DNA of 64,000 nt from an uncultured Candidatus Saccharibacteria bacterium (GTDB lineage: Bacteria; Patescibacteriota; Saccharimonadia; Saccharimonadales; Saccharimonadaceae), in the NCBI GenBank assembly GCA_947304135.1, contig CAMYZZ010000001.1, forward strand, positions 24,872 to 88,871, in the 5' to 3' direction. A model generated the notes under the pieces. The model saw only the letters and a program-made list of their open reading frames with translations, did not search any database and was not told where the DNA came from. Each line of letters begins with the position of its first letter. Positions within the stretch are counted from its first letter, which is position 1. A program made the position numbers and the translations under genes. Shown one piece after another: positions 43,143-52,121 of this stretch.

Positions 43143-46100
43143 TTAGTATCGTGGCGAAAGTTCGCGACTGTAGGTGATAGTTGCCTGAGAGAAATTCTGT
43201 GATTGTTGATAACCCCAAAGATAAGCATCTGGGCGGAGATTGAAGATTTCTGCTGGAGTCATGGAGCCATCATCCGTAAGGTTATTTGATGCTCCAGGTC
43301 CATTGTTTTGTACCCAGGTTGAGCGAGTATAAGCACCAGCAGTGCGGTTTAGAACCAGATCATTTGCAATGGTTGGACCATTTACTATCAATGTTTTGGA
43401 ACATGTATCACTGCTAGATGCACCAATGTTGAGCTGGTAGCAGGTATTTATCACTCCAGATGAGCCGAGTGCAACCAGCCAGGCGTCGAGCTGCGTAACG
43501 TTTTCGGAGATATTAATATTATTTGCAATGATAATAACCTGTGGAAGCTCAGAAAGATTAGAGAACCTTTGACTATTACGGCCGCCTAGGACAAGCGCGT
43601 TATCATATCCCTGGCAAGTGCCAGAGCCGTAACAGATATTGGAATTAATGGTGAGCGTCCCTGGAACACGAATAACAAGTAGTGGACTATTCGCTCCGCG
43701 AACTATTGTACCATTTATTACTCCGTCGCCAGAAGTCATCACATACTCCCCAGTACGTGTGCCAGTTGTGGTGTTGGATAGTGGGGAGGCCGCAGCGACA
43801 TTGATATTAACTCCAGAGTTTACTGGCATGGACGTTGACGCTGGACTATATCGAGTGACCATCCTGGAAAGAATAGCATTGTTTAGATTGATCTTGGACA
43901 AACCGACGTGATTACAGTTTTCATTTGAGATAGACATGTGCGATAGATCACAGAAGTTCCCCGTCGGCGAGTGACCTCCAGTAATTCTCATGGTCGAGCC
44001 TTCATAGCCGAGTGCGGCGCCAGAAGCAAATCCGGTGATATCTCCCTTGGAAATAGCAAGATACTCTTCCCAAGAGCCAAAGATTCTGTCTGGAGAGCTG
44101 TTGGTTCCAAGAGCTGCGCCCTCGTATTTGCTTGCAATCGCCGTATTTATCCCGGCAAATGTATAGAGATTTGCATTCCAAGCCTGGAAGTTTGGCTTTT
44201 TGGCAATAGTGCGGCAAGAGAGCGAGACGCGCCATCTGCCGTCAAAGTTATGCCAGCCACTAACCGTACCAGAGTCGCCGTTTGGATGACTATTTGCAAT
44301 AGTCATACCGATAGCGACGCAATACTTGGAGCCAATGTCTGCATTGTTTGGCACATTGTAGGTTGCGCTCATGCTCCAGGTCCAGCCATTATAGCGACCT
44401 TCGGCATTTTTCCAGTTGTTGCCTGTATTGCTGACTGGAATAGTGCCACACTGAGTTCCGCCAAAGTAGCTACACATGCTACTGCCGATTGGGAGCACGC
44501 CACTAGTCTGAGCTGGGATAGAGGAGTTTGGTCCAATGATAAATTGTTCGACGCGAATATCGCCTGGATAGACTGTAGCATAGGCCGAGGTAGTACTCTT
44601 GATAGAAGAGTTGACTACTGGCAAGACGGATGCAGTGAAGGCTGAGGAGACGGTTTCGCCAGCGTAAATTGTACTGCCGGCATTGATAGACGAGGTGTCG
44701 GAAGTGCGGAAATTATAAGGAATGTAGACGTTGGCAACAGATACGCGATTGCCATAATCACGGAAGCGAACTGGGTGTCGAGTACCGATAATACCGTAGC
44801 TATACCAGCCATTACATCCGCTGATCGTACTACCGCGATGATAATGACAGGTCTTAGAATGATGCACTGAATCTACTGCCGTATACACACCATTAACCAT
44901 GCCATAAATTGTTTCATCCCAAGAGCAATCATAGTCATAATCATCACCGGCATCGCTACAATAGCACCCGTTCTGACCTGCCATGCCTGGACAATTGAGG
45001 TCATACTGAGTCTCCGAGCAGGAGGTACTACCACAGTTAGGAATAGAACTATAATATGAAGAGCCATAGCGGTCGGTGGCAATACTACCATTATTGTTGC
45101 CATAACCAAGGTTTGTGTAGTTGGTATAAACTGAACTATTGACAGAGGTTGATCTTGTCCCGCAGTTACAGGTCCCGCCATTATGCGAGTGGCCTTCATA
45201 TACCCAGGCTTGTTGATATGGGTAAGTGATCTGTTGGGAAATTGTAGTGCCGACTTCATTAGTGCGGCCGGTCGCATTTGAAGCGGTACAACTACCGCGC
45301 CAAGATTCAAACCCTGGGATTTGAAAACCGTTCGCAATAAATCCTGAGAAATCAAAGACCAAACAATTATAGCGGTTTGCATCAACTGAATTCTTTGACG
45401 GCGACATGAGAACTAACTCGTAATTACCATTTGATTCTGCGTCGATTTCTCCGTAGGAATAAACAGGCACCCAGTAAATACGCCAATTGCGTCCATCATA
45501 GTATTCCCTCGGTATATATTGAACTTGGCGGCCGCCATCTAGATTGCGAGCGACAGAACTAAAGCGTTGGAGAGTTACGCGGGAGCCGATAGAGCCTTGG
45601 TCTCTTCTTAGTCCGAAGAGATATTGGCTTCCTCTATTTGAGCTAATCTGGAACCAGCTTTCGCCCACTCTGTCGCTAAGTGCGGTTGCCGAGCTTGGCG
45701 ACGAGCGACTTCCACCATAGGAGTCTGATTTCGTGACAGCTTGTACACCCCAGGAGAAACAGTGTGCAAAGCTGATTGTATCACCCGGCTTAGCCCAAAC
45801 TGTGCTAAGCCATCCGGTATCGCCAGAGATATTACTTGCGTTCATCACTCTCGATACACCGTTGGTGTCGCCGTAATTTACACTCTTTGTTGATACTCCT
45901 CCGAGGGTGGCACAGGTTGGCGTCGGAATAGTGACTGGGCGGAGATTGATACAGGCTGTGGAGCTGCCAGTGCCGCTATATGTAACATTGGTCCCAGTGA
46001 TAACATAGCTTTTTGGACTATGTGTTATGGTTTGGCAATATAATCCACTTGATCCAACTGGAACACTGATACTCGTTGAGACGACTTTTTCCCACTTGCC

Positions 46101-47003
46101 ATCTGTTCTGGCTGTCCAACCGGTCGATCCAAGATTCAGGACGCCACTAGGGGGATTATTGCGAGAAGCATAAACGCCACCAACGGACCAACTAACATTG
46201 ACAAGGTTCACGCCTGACGATGGATCTTTTGACGATACAATTCGGTGAGTAAAGACCGCTGTAGAGCTTGCATTTGCCGAGCTTGATGGGACTACCATAG
46301 TTGTCGTTCCGTCGAGAGGGGAAGTCTGTGTAGTGCTGGCGAATGTTACAGATGATGTACTATAGACCTGGCTCCCACTACCGCCACCACTAGTACCATA
46401 GCAGAACCAGTCTAGAGTGCTATCGTAGCTCCAGGTCTGACCATTTCTTGCATCTGCGGCTAGGCTTTCGAAGTGGTCCCTAACGGTTGCTAGGCTTTCA
46501 CCCCATCTTTCACTGACTGCGCCATTACCAAAATCGTCTGTATATCTATCCACGCTAATAAACCAAGGTGTATTTGTATCTCCTTTTTCGCGATAGACAT
46601 AGTTGCCGCCATAGCCTTGAAGCTTTCCAAGTTTCTGAGTGCCGTATGTTCCGCCTGTATAATTGCCGTTATCATCATGCTCAAAATTAACTAGGACATA
46701 AAAGCCACCAAACTGCCTACACTTTGCGGGGATTCTAACCCAGCTAGCTGATCCTGACCAGTATGTATGACGAACATCAAGATCGCCACTACCTGTGCCA
46801 ACGTATTTGTAGTAAACCCATGTAGCACCATATTTAGAGCCATATCTGCCCTTGCCGGATGTGTTTGAGTTGTTACCAAAATAGGCGGCACTACCTGCGG
46901 CGCCATCCTCAGCGTAGGCATTGTGCCCTATCACTAAGCTACCTAGGGAAAGGATACTAATCGCTATAGCGACAAACAGTTTGACTCTTGTTCTATTCAG
47001 CAT
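43143..47003 (-). CDS. 1286-aa secreted Cys/Gly/Ser/Tyr-rich protein, putative pilus-associated adhesin
   Basis: Signal peptide ending AYA; next to the pilin cluster; C-terminal IIIANNINI..QLDAWL..PAEIFNLRPD..ELSPRY. Confidence 0.75.
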   Translation of the reverse strand: MLNRTRVKLFVAIAISILSLGSLVIGHNAYAEDGAAGSAAYFGNNSNTSGKGRYGSKYGATWVYYKYVGTGSGDLDVRHTYWSGSASWVRIPAKCRQFGGFYVLVNFEHDDNGNYTGGTYGTQKLGKLQGYGGNYVYREKGDTNTPWFISVDRYTDDFGNGAVSERWGESLATVRDHFESLAADARNGQTWSYDSTLDWFCYGTSGGGSGSQVYSTSSVTFASTTQTSPLDGTTTMVVPSSSANASSTAVFTHRIVSSKDPSSGVNLVNVSWSVGGVYASRNNPPSGVLNLGSTGWTARTDGKWEKVVSTSISVPVGSSGLYCQTITHSPKSYVITGTNVTYSGTGSSTACINLRPVTIPTPTCATLGGVSTKSVNYGDTNGVSRVMNASNISGDTGWLSTVWAKPGDTISFAHCFSWGVQAVTKSDSYGGSRSSPSSATALSDRVGESWFQISSNRGSQYLFGLRRDQGSIGSRVTLQRFSSVARNLDGGRQVQYIPREYYDGRNWRIYWVPVYSYGEIDAESNGNYELVLMSPSKNSVDANRYNCLVFDFSGFIANGFQIPGFESWRGSCTASNATGRTNEVGTTISQQITYPYQQAWVYEGHSHNGGTCNCGTRSTSVNSSVYTNYTNLGYGNNNGSIATDRYGSSYYSSIPNCGSTSCSETQYDLNCPGMAGQNGCYCSDAGDDYDYDCSWDETIYGMVNGVYTAVDSVHHSKTCHYHRGSTISGCNGWYSYGIIGTRHPVRFRDYGNRVSVANVYIPYNFRTSDTSSINAGSTIYAGETVSSAFTASVLPVVNSSIKSTTSAYATVYPGDIRVEQFIIGPNSSIPAQTSGVLPIGSSMCSYFGGTQCGTIPVSNTGNNWKNAEGRYNGWTWSMSATYNVPNNADIGSKYCVAIGMTIANSHPNGDSGTVSGWHNFDGRWRVSLSCRTIAKKPNFQAWNANLYTFAGINTAIASKYEGAALGTNSSPDRIFGSWEEYLAISKGDITGFASGAALGYEGSTMRITGGHSPTGNFCDLSHMSISNENCNHVGLSKINLNNAILSRMVTRYSPASTSMPVNSGVNINVAAASPLSNTTTGTRTGEYVMTSGDGVINGTIVRGANSPLLVIRVPGTLTINSNICYGSGTCQGYDNALVLGGRNSQRFSNLSELPQVIIIANNINISENVTQLDAWLVALGSSGVINTCYQLNIGASSSDTCSKTLIVNGPTIANDLVLNRTAGAYTRSTWVQNNGPGASNNLTDDGSMTPAEIFNLRPDAYLWGYQQSQNFSQATITYSRELSPRY

Positions 47004-47754
47004 TTTGGCTTTCCTCGTCTTTTGGTGAAGTTAAATCGTCTGGGTCCACTTCTTCTAGCCCCTCTGAGCTTGGCCACTCTCCAGTCTGGCAAAATTCTTC
47101 TTGGTCAGAGGCGAGATTATTGTAATGATCAGAGTCTGAAGTCTCGGTGCCATTATTTAATACTATATATGCTAAGGCATAAGCACTATAGTAGCGCTCT
47201 ATCTGGAAACATCCCATATCGTCTATATCAAGTGTTTTGAGCAGGCTTAGCGAAAGATCTACGTATCCTCTTCTTGCTAACTCTTCTGCGTATATTGTGC
47301 TGAGGTCAATAGCCTTTGGTTCTCGTTTTTGTGCCTCAATCAAGTTTGCATAATAGCTCCTAAAGTCATCGTCAGATAGTTTACTACCCTCACCTGCGAT
47401 GTTAGCGAGCTCCATACCCCACTTCTCTGCTTCTTCGTCGCTAAGCGGAGTGGTGTCTTTGTTTTGCTTCTGCCAGACTGTAAGGTTGAGGATGATAAGG
47501 ACCACAACAATAACAATCGCAACAAACAACAAAATGGTGACAATTTTGTGTTTGCCACGGAATGGGTGCTTGATATAGTTCAAGAATTTTACGCCAACAA
47601 ATTTGAAGGATTTGCCAATTTTGCCCAAAATAGCTCCGAGACTGAATCTGGCACGCCGCGCGGCCTTCTCGTTTGAAGCCACAAAAAAGTCAGGCTGTTT
47701 CTTCTCTGAAATTTTCTCAGAGGAAAATTGAACAGGATGACCTTCTTTATCCAT
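46993..47754 (-). CDS. Membrane-anchored helical hypothetical protein
   Basis: One TM, helical acidic C-terminal part; TTGCAA-17-TAAAAT promoter 6 nt before ATG. Confidence 0.7.
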   Translation of the reverse strand: MDKEGHPVQFSSEKISEKKQPDFFVASNEKAARRARFSLGAILGKIGKSFKFVGVKFLNYIKHPFRGKHKIVTILLFVAIVIVVVLIILNLTVWQKQNKDTTPLSDEEAEKWGMELANIAGEGSKLSDDDFRSYYANLIEAQKREPKAIDLSTIYAEELARRGYVDLSLSLLKTLDIDDMGCFQIERYYSAYALAYIVLNNGTETSDSDHYNNLASDQEEFCQTGEWPSSEGLEEVDPDDLTSPKDEESQNAE

Positions 47755-47780
47755 ATCTATATTTTAGCGTAAGCGAGATG

Positions 47781-47824
47781 TTTTTGCAATAAAAAGACCG
47801 CTCTACTAAAGCGGTCTGTTTTTT
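47781..47824. terminator. Intrinsic terminator
   Basis: AAAAAGACCGCT-CTACTAA-AGCGGTCTGTTTTT. Confidence 0.75.
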
Positions 47825-47828
47825 GAAA

Positions 47829-48269
47829 TTACGCGATTTTGTATAGACGGACAGTTGAGACGTGGAAGCCTTCGTTGAATGCAGCACTGGTGAATGGATC
47901 CTTGCGTAAGTCTGCCTCAGTACTTGGAGAGTTGATAATCTCGAACGCCACAACCACACCAAGTAGTCTTGGGTCAATCTGAGCCAAGACTTCTGCGATG
48001 CTTGGCTTAAAAAAGCCTTGGAATCCATAGCGATGAAGACACCTAAAGTCTTTCCCTTTGATTGGAGCGATTGTGCCATCAGGAACTCGCCGATCAAAGT
48101 TATCGCCCCAAGTGTAGGCTACGTGGCGCAGCTCGTCGTCGCTGAACTCTCGGAGCCAGTAAAGCTCGCCGCTGCCAGCCTTTTTCATCACGGGCTTAAT
48201 TCGTGAATACAGCTGTCTTAATCTTTCATCCGTAATTTCTGGAATTTGCAAATCAGTCATACAAAACAT
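47829..48269 (-). CDS. Hypothetical cytoplasmic protein downstream of a tRNA
   Basis: Own TTGCAA-17-TATAAT promoter, AGAAGGG before ATG, own terminator; motif HRYGFQGFFKPSIAEVLAQI. Start may be 48260. Confidence 0.75.
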   Translation of the reverse strand: MFCMTDLQIPEITDERLRQLYSRIKPVMKKAGSGELYWLREFSDDELRHVAYTWGDNFDRRVPDGTIAPIKGKDFRCLHRYGFQGFFKPSIAEVLAQIDPRLLGVVVAFEIINSPSTEADLRKDPFTSAAFNEGFHVSTVRLYKIA

Positions 48270-48361
48270 CCCCTTCTCTGTTTGCTGTACACTGGTTACT
48301 TATATTATTATAGCATATTCTATGTATTTTTGCAATAAATAAGCGCCCTTTCAAGAGCGCA

Positions 48362-48437
48362 TGGTGCGGGCGGTTGGGTTCGAACCAACGACCAAGCGGT
48401 TATGAGCCGCCTGCTCTAACCCCTGAGCTACGCCCGC
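48362..48437 (-). tRNA. tRNA with CAU anticodon, probably tRNA-Ile2 (lysidine type); elongator Met not excluded
   Basis: GCGGGCG...CGCCCGC-ACCA, fully paired 1:72; GCAGGCGGCTCATAACCGCTTGGTCG resembles Ile2 tRNAs. Confidence 0.85.
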
Positions 48438-48485
48438 ATAAACTGGACTTATTATAGCAAGAAATGCTATAATAAAAAAGCATAA

Positions 48486-48914
48486 ATGGAAAAGATTAAA
48501 CTACGCTTTAGGAGGCTTGGCTACCGGATAAAACACTGGTTCAACCAGGACCGTTTGATTTTTGTCGTAGCTGTTTCTATGTGTTTGATCTGGACCTGGG
48601 GCGCGATTTCTGCGATGAGCAGAAACTGGTCTCTGGAGCAAAGATTGGTTTCTCGCAGACAAGAACTGGCGCTTTTGCAGCTAGAAATCGATTCGCTGGA
48701 GCTCGAAAATCGCTATTATGCTTCCGAAGAGTACCAGGAGTTGGCTGCACGAGCCAAACAAAACAAGCTACTAGAAGGCGAGTCTTTGGTTTATCTCCCA
48801 GAGAATTCTGACTATGCCAGAAGCAAGCACAAAGAGATTATTGTCGCCGATGAAGAAGTCAAAGAAGAACCAAAAAATTACGAGCAGTGGCTCTCGTTTA
48901 TCTTTGGATCTTAG
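48486..48914 (+). CDS. Septum formation initiator (FtsB/DivIC-like)
   Basis: One TM, coiled coil, YQELAARAKQNKLLEGE. Confidence 0.7.
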   Translation: MEKIKLRFRRLGYRIKHWFNQDRLIFVVAVSMCLIWTWGAISAMSRNWSLEQRLVSRRQELALLQLEIDSLELENRYYASEEYQELAARAKQNKLLEGESLVYLPENSDYARSKHKEIIVADEEVKEEPKNYEQWLSFIFGS

Positions 48915-48932
48915 CTTACATGGTTGAATATT

Positions 48933-48962
48933 AAAAAGTCCGGATCTAGGTCCGGACTTTTT
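48933..48962. terminator. Bidirectional terminator
   Basis: AAAAAGTCCGGA-TCTAGG-TCCGGACTTTTT. Confidence 0.85.
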
Positions 48963-48976
48963 TATATGGTCTAAAC

Positions 48977-49183
48977 TTAAGCTTTCTTCTTAAGAGTCAA
49001 GAAGCCGTTGCGTGGGTTTTCATTAACAACGCGATCTGCTGGAAGATCAATTGGGGTACCCTTGCCGCCTTCGGCATTCTTGGTGAAGAAGTAGATCGTC
49101 TGGTGCTTGCCACCACGAAGGACAACTTCGCTCTGACGTAGGTAATAGGTAACGCCCTTGCTGTTAGTATGTTGGTAGGCCAT
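48977..49183 (-). CDS. Small basic conserved hypothetical protein (68 aa)
   Basis: TTGACA-17-TAAGAT promoter, SD AAGGAGG; MAYQHTNSKGVTYYL..LRGG..QTIYFF..NPRNG. Confidence 0.85.
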   Translation of the reverse strand: MAYQHTNSKGVTYYLRQSEVVLRGGKHQTIYFFTKNAEGGKGTPIDLPADRVVNENPRNGFLTLKKKA

Positions 49184-49249
49184 AAATTCCTCCTTAGTTG
49201 TTGTACTTCTTATCTTATGACCCCCACGCGTCTATGTCAAGGGGTTTTT

Positions 49250-49951
49250 CTAATTTTTTATAAAGATAAGCGCAATTTTAAGCAAAAGCCAGATGATAAA
49301 ACGAATTAGCACAATGATGGCTAGAATTAAACAAATAATCCCGATGATACCTACGGGAGAAAATGTCCATATCGGCGAGGCAAAATCATAACGGAACAGG
49401 TTTGTGGATGGCAAGGTAGCGGCATAAGTATCTTCGATTTTATCAGTGGTTGGATATTTGGCAATCTCATTGGTGTAGCAATTTATATATTCTGGAGTAT
49501 CCCAGGACCAACCGTTTTGTTGAGCAAGGGGTTGGCAAACGGCCATAGCCTTGGCAAAGACGTTGCCATTTGGGTTTTCGTCGGTGGCAGCATGCTCTTC
49601 AGCCTCGGCGAGAGCGGCGGAAGCTTTACGATTGTACTGCTTCTCCAGATAGACAGGGCCAGAACCAAAGGTGATACTTGAGATGCCGTTTTTTTCTACA
49701 ACATTGACAACAGTGTGAGAGTTGACATAGTCTTTGAGTTTATTCAGGGCATTTTTGATAGCTTCTTCGTCGCCGGACTCATCGGCGGCCGCTACTTCGG
49801 CTTTTATATCGGTCATATGAATATGGTTAAAACGAAGAAGCGTAGCTTCAATGAAGAGGGAAAGTATCAAAATGATGAGCAGCTGCCAGGTTTTGACAGT
49901 TCTCATTTTGCGTAGTGCAGCCTTGAGATTTTTCCTTTTGATACCACCCAT
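49250..49951 (-). CDS. Hypothetical membrane protein (N- and C-terminal TM)
   Basis: Start MGGIKRK at 49951, divergent from the Mur ligase. Confidence 0.75.
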   Translation of the reverse strand: MGGIKRKNLKAALRKMRTVKTWQLLIILILSLFIEATLLRFNHIHMTDIKAEVAAADESGDEEAIKNALNKLKDYVNSHTVVNVVEKNGISSITFGSGPVYLEKQYNRKASAALAEAEEHAATDENPNGNVFAKAMAVCQPLAQQNGWSWDTPEYINCYTNEIAKYPTTDKIEDTYAATLPSTNLFRYDFASPIWTFSPVGIIGIICLILAIIVLIRFIIWLLLKIALIFIKN

Positions 49952-49953
49952 AG

Positions 49954-49971
49954 ATGCTATAATTATAGCAT
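49954..49971. promoter_or_regulatory. Perfect 18-bp palindrome ATGCTATAATTATAGCAT: bidirectional extended -10
   Basis: Fills almost all of the 20-bp gap between two divergent ATGs. Confidence 0.8.
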
Positions 49972-51312
49972 ATGAATATCTATATTTCTGGGATTTCTGG
50001 AACGGGGCTTGGGCCACTCGCGCTAATGGCAAAGAAGGCCGGAATGGAGGTTTCTGGCTCCGACAAAAGCGAGGGTGCTGTTACTGGCGAGCTGGTGCGT
50101 GCAAATATTGACATGGAAATCGGCAAACAAGACGGAAGTTTTTTGAAAAAACAATTTGACAAAGGAAAGGTAGATTGGTTTGTTTATACTTCCGCATTGC
50201 CAGAGAACCATCCGGAGTTAGTCTTAGCACGCGAGCTTGGAGTGAGAATTTCTAAGCGCGATGAGCTAATCTCTTACCTTGTTGACAAAATGGGCCTCAA
50301 AATGGTCGCCGTGGCAGGAACGCATGGCAAGACTACAACCACCGCTATGATTATATATGGATGCCTCGCACTGGGTATGCCAATTTCCTACCTCGTTGGC
50401 ACGACGCTCCCTTTTGCAGAGTCTGGAAGGTATGATAGCGACTCGGATTTCTTGATTTATGAAGCTGATGAGTATGATAGAAACTTCTTACATTTTTACC
50501 CCTGGCTTTCGGTAATCACTACGGTGTCTTACGATCATCCAGACATCTATAAAACCAAGCTTGAATATTTGCAGGCTTTTGCTAAATTTGAGGGGCAGAG
50601 CGAAAACGTGATACGTGGGCGCGAGCTGGAAGGCGCAGCAGTGGACGCTGGCGCAGCAGAGACAATTGATTTGTCTGGCAAGTTTTCGCTTGCGGGGAAA
50701 GCTCGGCGCTATGATGCAAGCTTAGCAATGCAAGCAATTTTTGAGATGGTAGAAGAGCTCGATATGATGGAGGCCAAACCTAGCCTGATTGATGGGGTAG
50801 ACTACGCAGGTCAGGAAATCAATGAGGCCCTGGTCGTTGAAATTCTGAATTCGTTCCCTGGTGTGGGCCGGAGATTTGAGCGAATCATTGACGGAGTCTA
50901 CTCGGACTATGGACATCATCCAGAAGAGATTGCTGCAACAATCGAAATGGCACGCGAGGAGGCTGACCGTCTTGGACTACCTGGCGTAGTGGCAATTTAC
51001 GAGCCGCACCAGAATGTGCGTCAACACGAGATTTTTGATGGGTATAAAGATGCTTTTTCTGGGGTATCTAAACTCTTTTGGTTGCCAACATATTTAGTAC
51101 GCGAAGACCCAGCACTCAAAGTGATCACGCCGGCAGATTTTATTGCAAGTCTTTCCAATAGTGAGGTTGGCGAGCCGGCAGAAGTAGGGCCAGAGCTAGC
51201 CGCTAGACTTCGCGAGCTTCGTGACTCAGGGAATTTGATTTTACTTATGACAGCTGGTCCAGCAGACAAGTGGCTACGCAAGGAAGTTTTTAAATCTGGT
51301 AGCAAAGACTAG
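49972..51312 (+). CDS. murC: Mur ligase, MurC-like
   Basis: IYISGISGTGLGPLA, AVAGTHGKTTTT, EADEYD, GVGRRFE, DYGHHPEE, YEPHQ. Confidence 0.8.
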   Translation: MNIYISGISGTGLGPLALMAKKAGMEVSGSDKSEGAVTGELVRANIDMEIGKQDGSFLKKQFDKGKVDWFVYTSALPENHPELVLARELGVRISKRDELISYLVDKMGLKMVAVAGTHGKTTTTAMIIYGCLALGMPISYLVGTTLPFAESGRYDSDSDFLIYEADEYDRNFLHFYPWLSVITTVSYDHPDIYKTKLEYLQAFAKFEGQSENVIRGRELEGAAVDAGAAETIDLSGKFSLAGKARRYDASLAMQAIFEMVEELDMMEAKPSLIDGVDYAGQEINEALVVEILNSFPGVGRRFERIIDGVYSDYGHHPEEIAATIEMAREEADRLGLPGVVAIYEPHQNVRQHEIFDGYKDAFSGVSKLFWLPTYLVREDPALKVITPADFIASLSNSEVGEPAEVGPELAARLRELRDSGNLILLMTAGPADKWLRKEVFKSGSKD

Positions 51313-51319
51313 CGGAGAG

Positions 51320-52099
51320 ATGGCGATGACAAAAATTGCGTTCTGCGAATGGAAAAATGAGGTAATAGCACAGGCGATTCGCGACTGCTCGGATTCTGAA
51401 GATTTCCCTGGTTTTGAGCCGGTGAGCTGCGAGAATCTAGAGGCGGCCTGCGTAGCGGTGCGAGAGGGCATTGCGGACACCCTGATTGCTGGGATAGATT
51501 ATCCGTCCCGTGATATAATTTTGGCTTGTCGAGATATTATCGGTGTGAACGGCGCAACTTTTTCTGCCTCGTTCCTGTTTGAAAAAGGTGAACAAAAGTT
51601 GATTGTTGGTGACTGTGCAGCCTGTAAAAATCCAACCGAGGAGCAACTTTATGATATTGTTTTACAGACAACAGCGACGGCCGCACGGCTTCTCGACGAG
51701 GAACCTCGGGTAGCACTGCTTTCCTTTTCGACATTTGGTAGTGGCGGAAAAGATCCGTCAATTGAAAAGATTCAAGCCGTGGTGGCCAAGCTCCACACAG
51801 AGCATCCAGAGATTTTGGTGGATGGGGAAATGCAGCTTGATGCCGCAGTGAACCCGCAGGTAGCACTAAAGAAGGCTCCTGATTCCCCAGTGGCTGGGCG
51901 CGCAAATGTGTTGATTGCACCAGATTTAAACTCGGGGAACATATTATACAAATCCCTAGAGCAGTTTGGTGGGTTTACGGTAGCAGGACCGATTCTCCAG
52001 GGATTCAAGAAACCAGTTTCTGATTTGTCGCGCGGAAGCACAGCAAGAGACGTAAAACTCGTAATAAAAACTATGCTAAAGCTAGCTTTAAAGAGTTAG
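51320..52099 (+). CDS. pta: Phosphate acetyltransferase, compact form
   Basis: GDCA, PRVALLSFST.GS, DGEMQLDAA, PDLNSGNI.YK, GPILQG..PVSDLSRG. Confidence 0.88.
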   Translation: MAMTKIAFCEWKNEVIAQAIRDCSDSEDFPGFEPVSCENLEAACVAVREGIADTLIAGIDYPSRDIILACRDIIGVNGATFSASFLFEKGEQKLIVGDCAACKNPTEEQLYDIVLQTTATAARLLDEEPRVALLSFSTFGSGGKDPSIEKIQAVVAKLHTEHPEILVDGEMQLDAAVNPQVALKKAPDSPVAGRANVLIAPDLNSGNILYKSLEQFGGFTVAGPILQGFKKPVSDLSRGSTARDVKLVIKTMLKLALKS

Positions 52100-52121
52100 T
52101 AGAAAGGAAATATATCACCAG

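Noticed and set aside
47755-48437. Prophage or integrative element at the tRNA genes
   Set aside because: No integrase, phage structural gene or duplicated tRNA 3' end (att) seen beside any of the five tRNAs.
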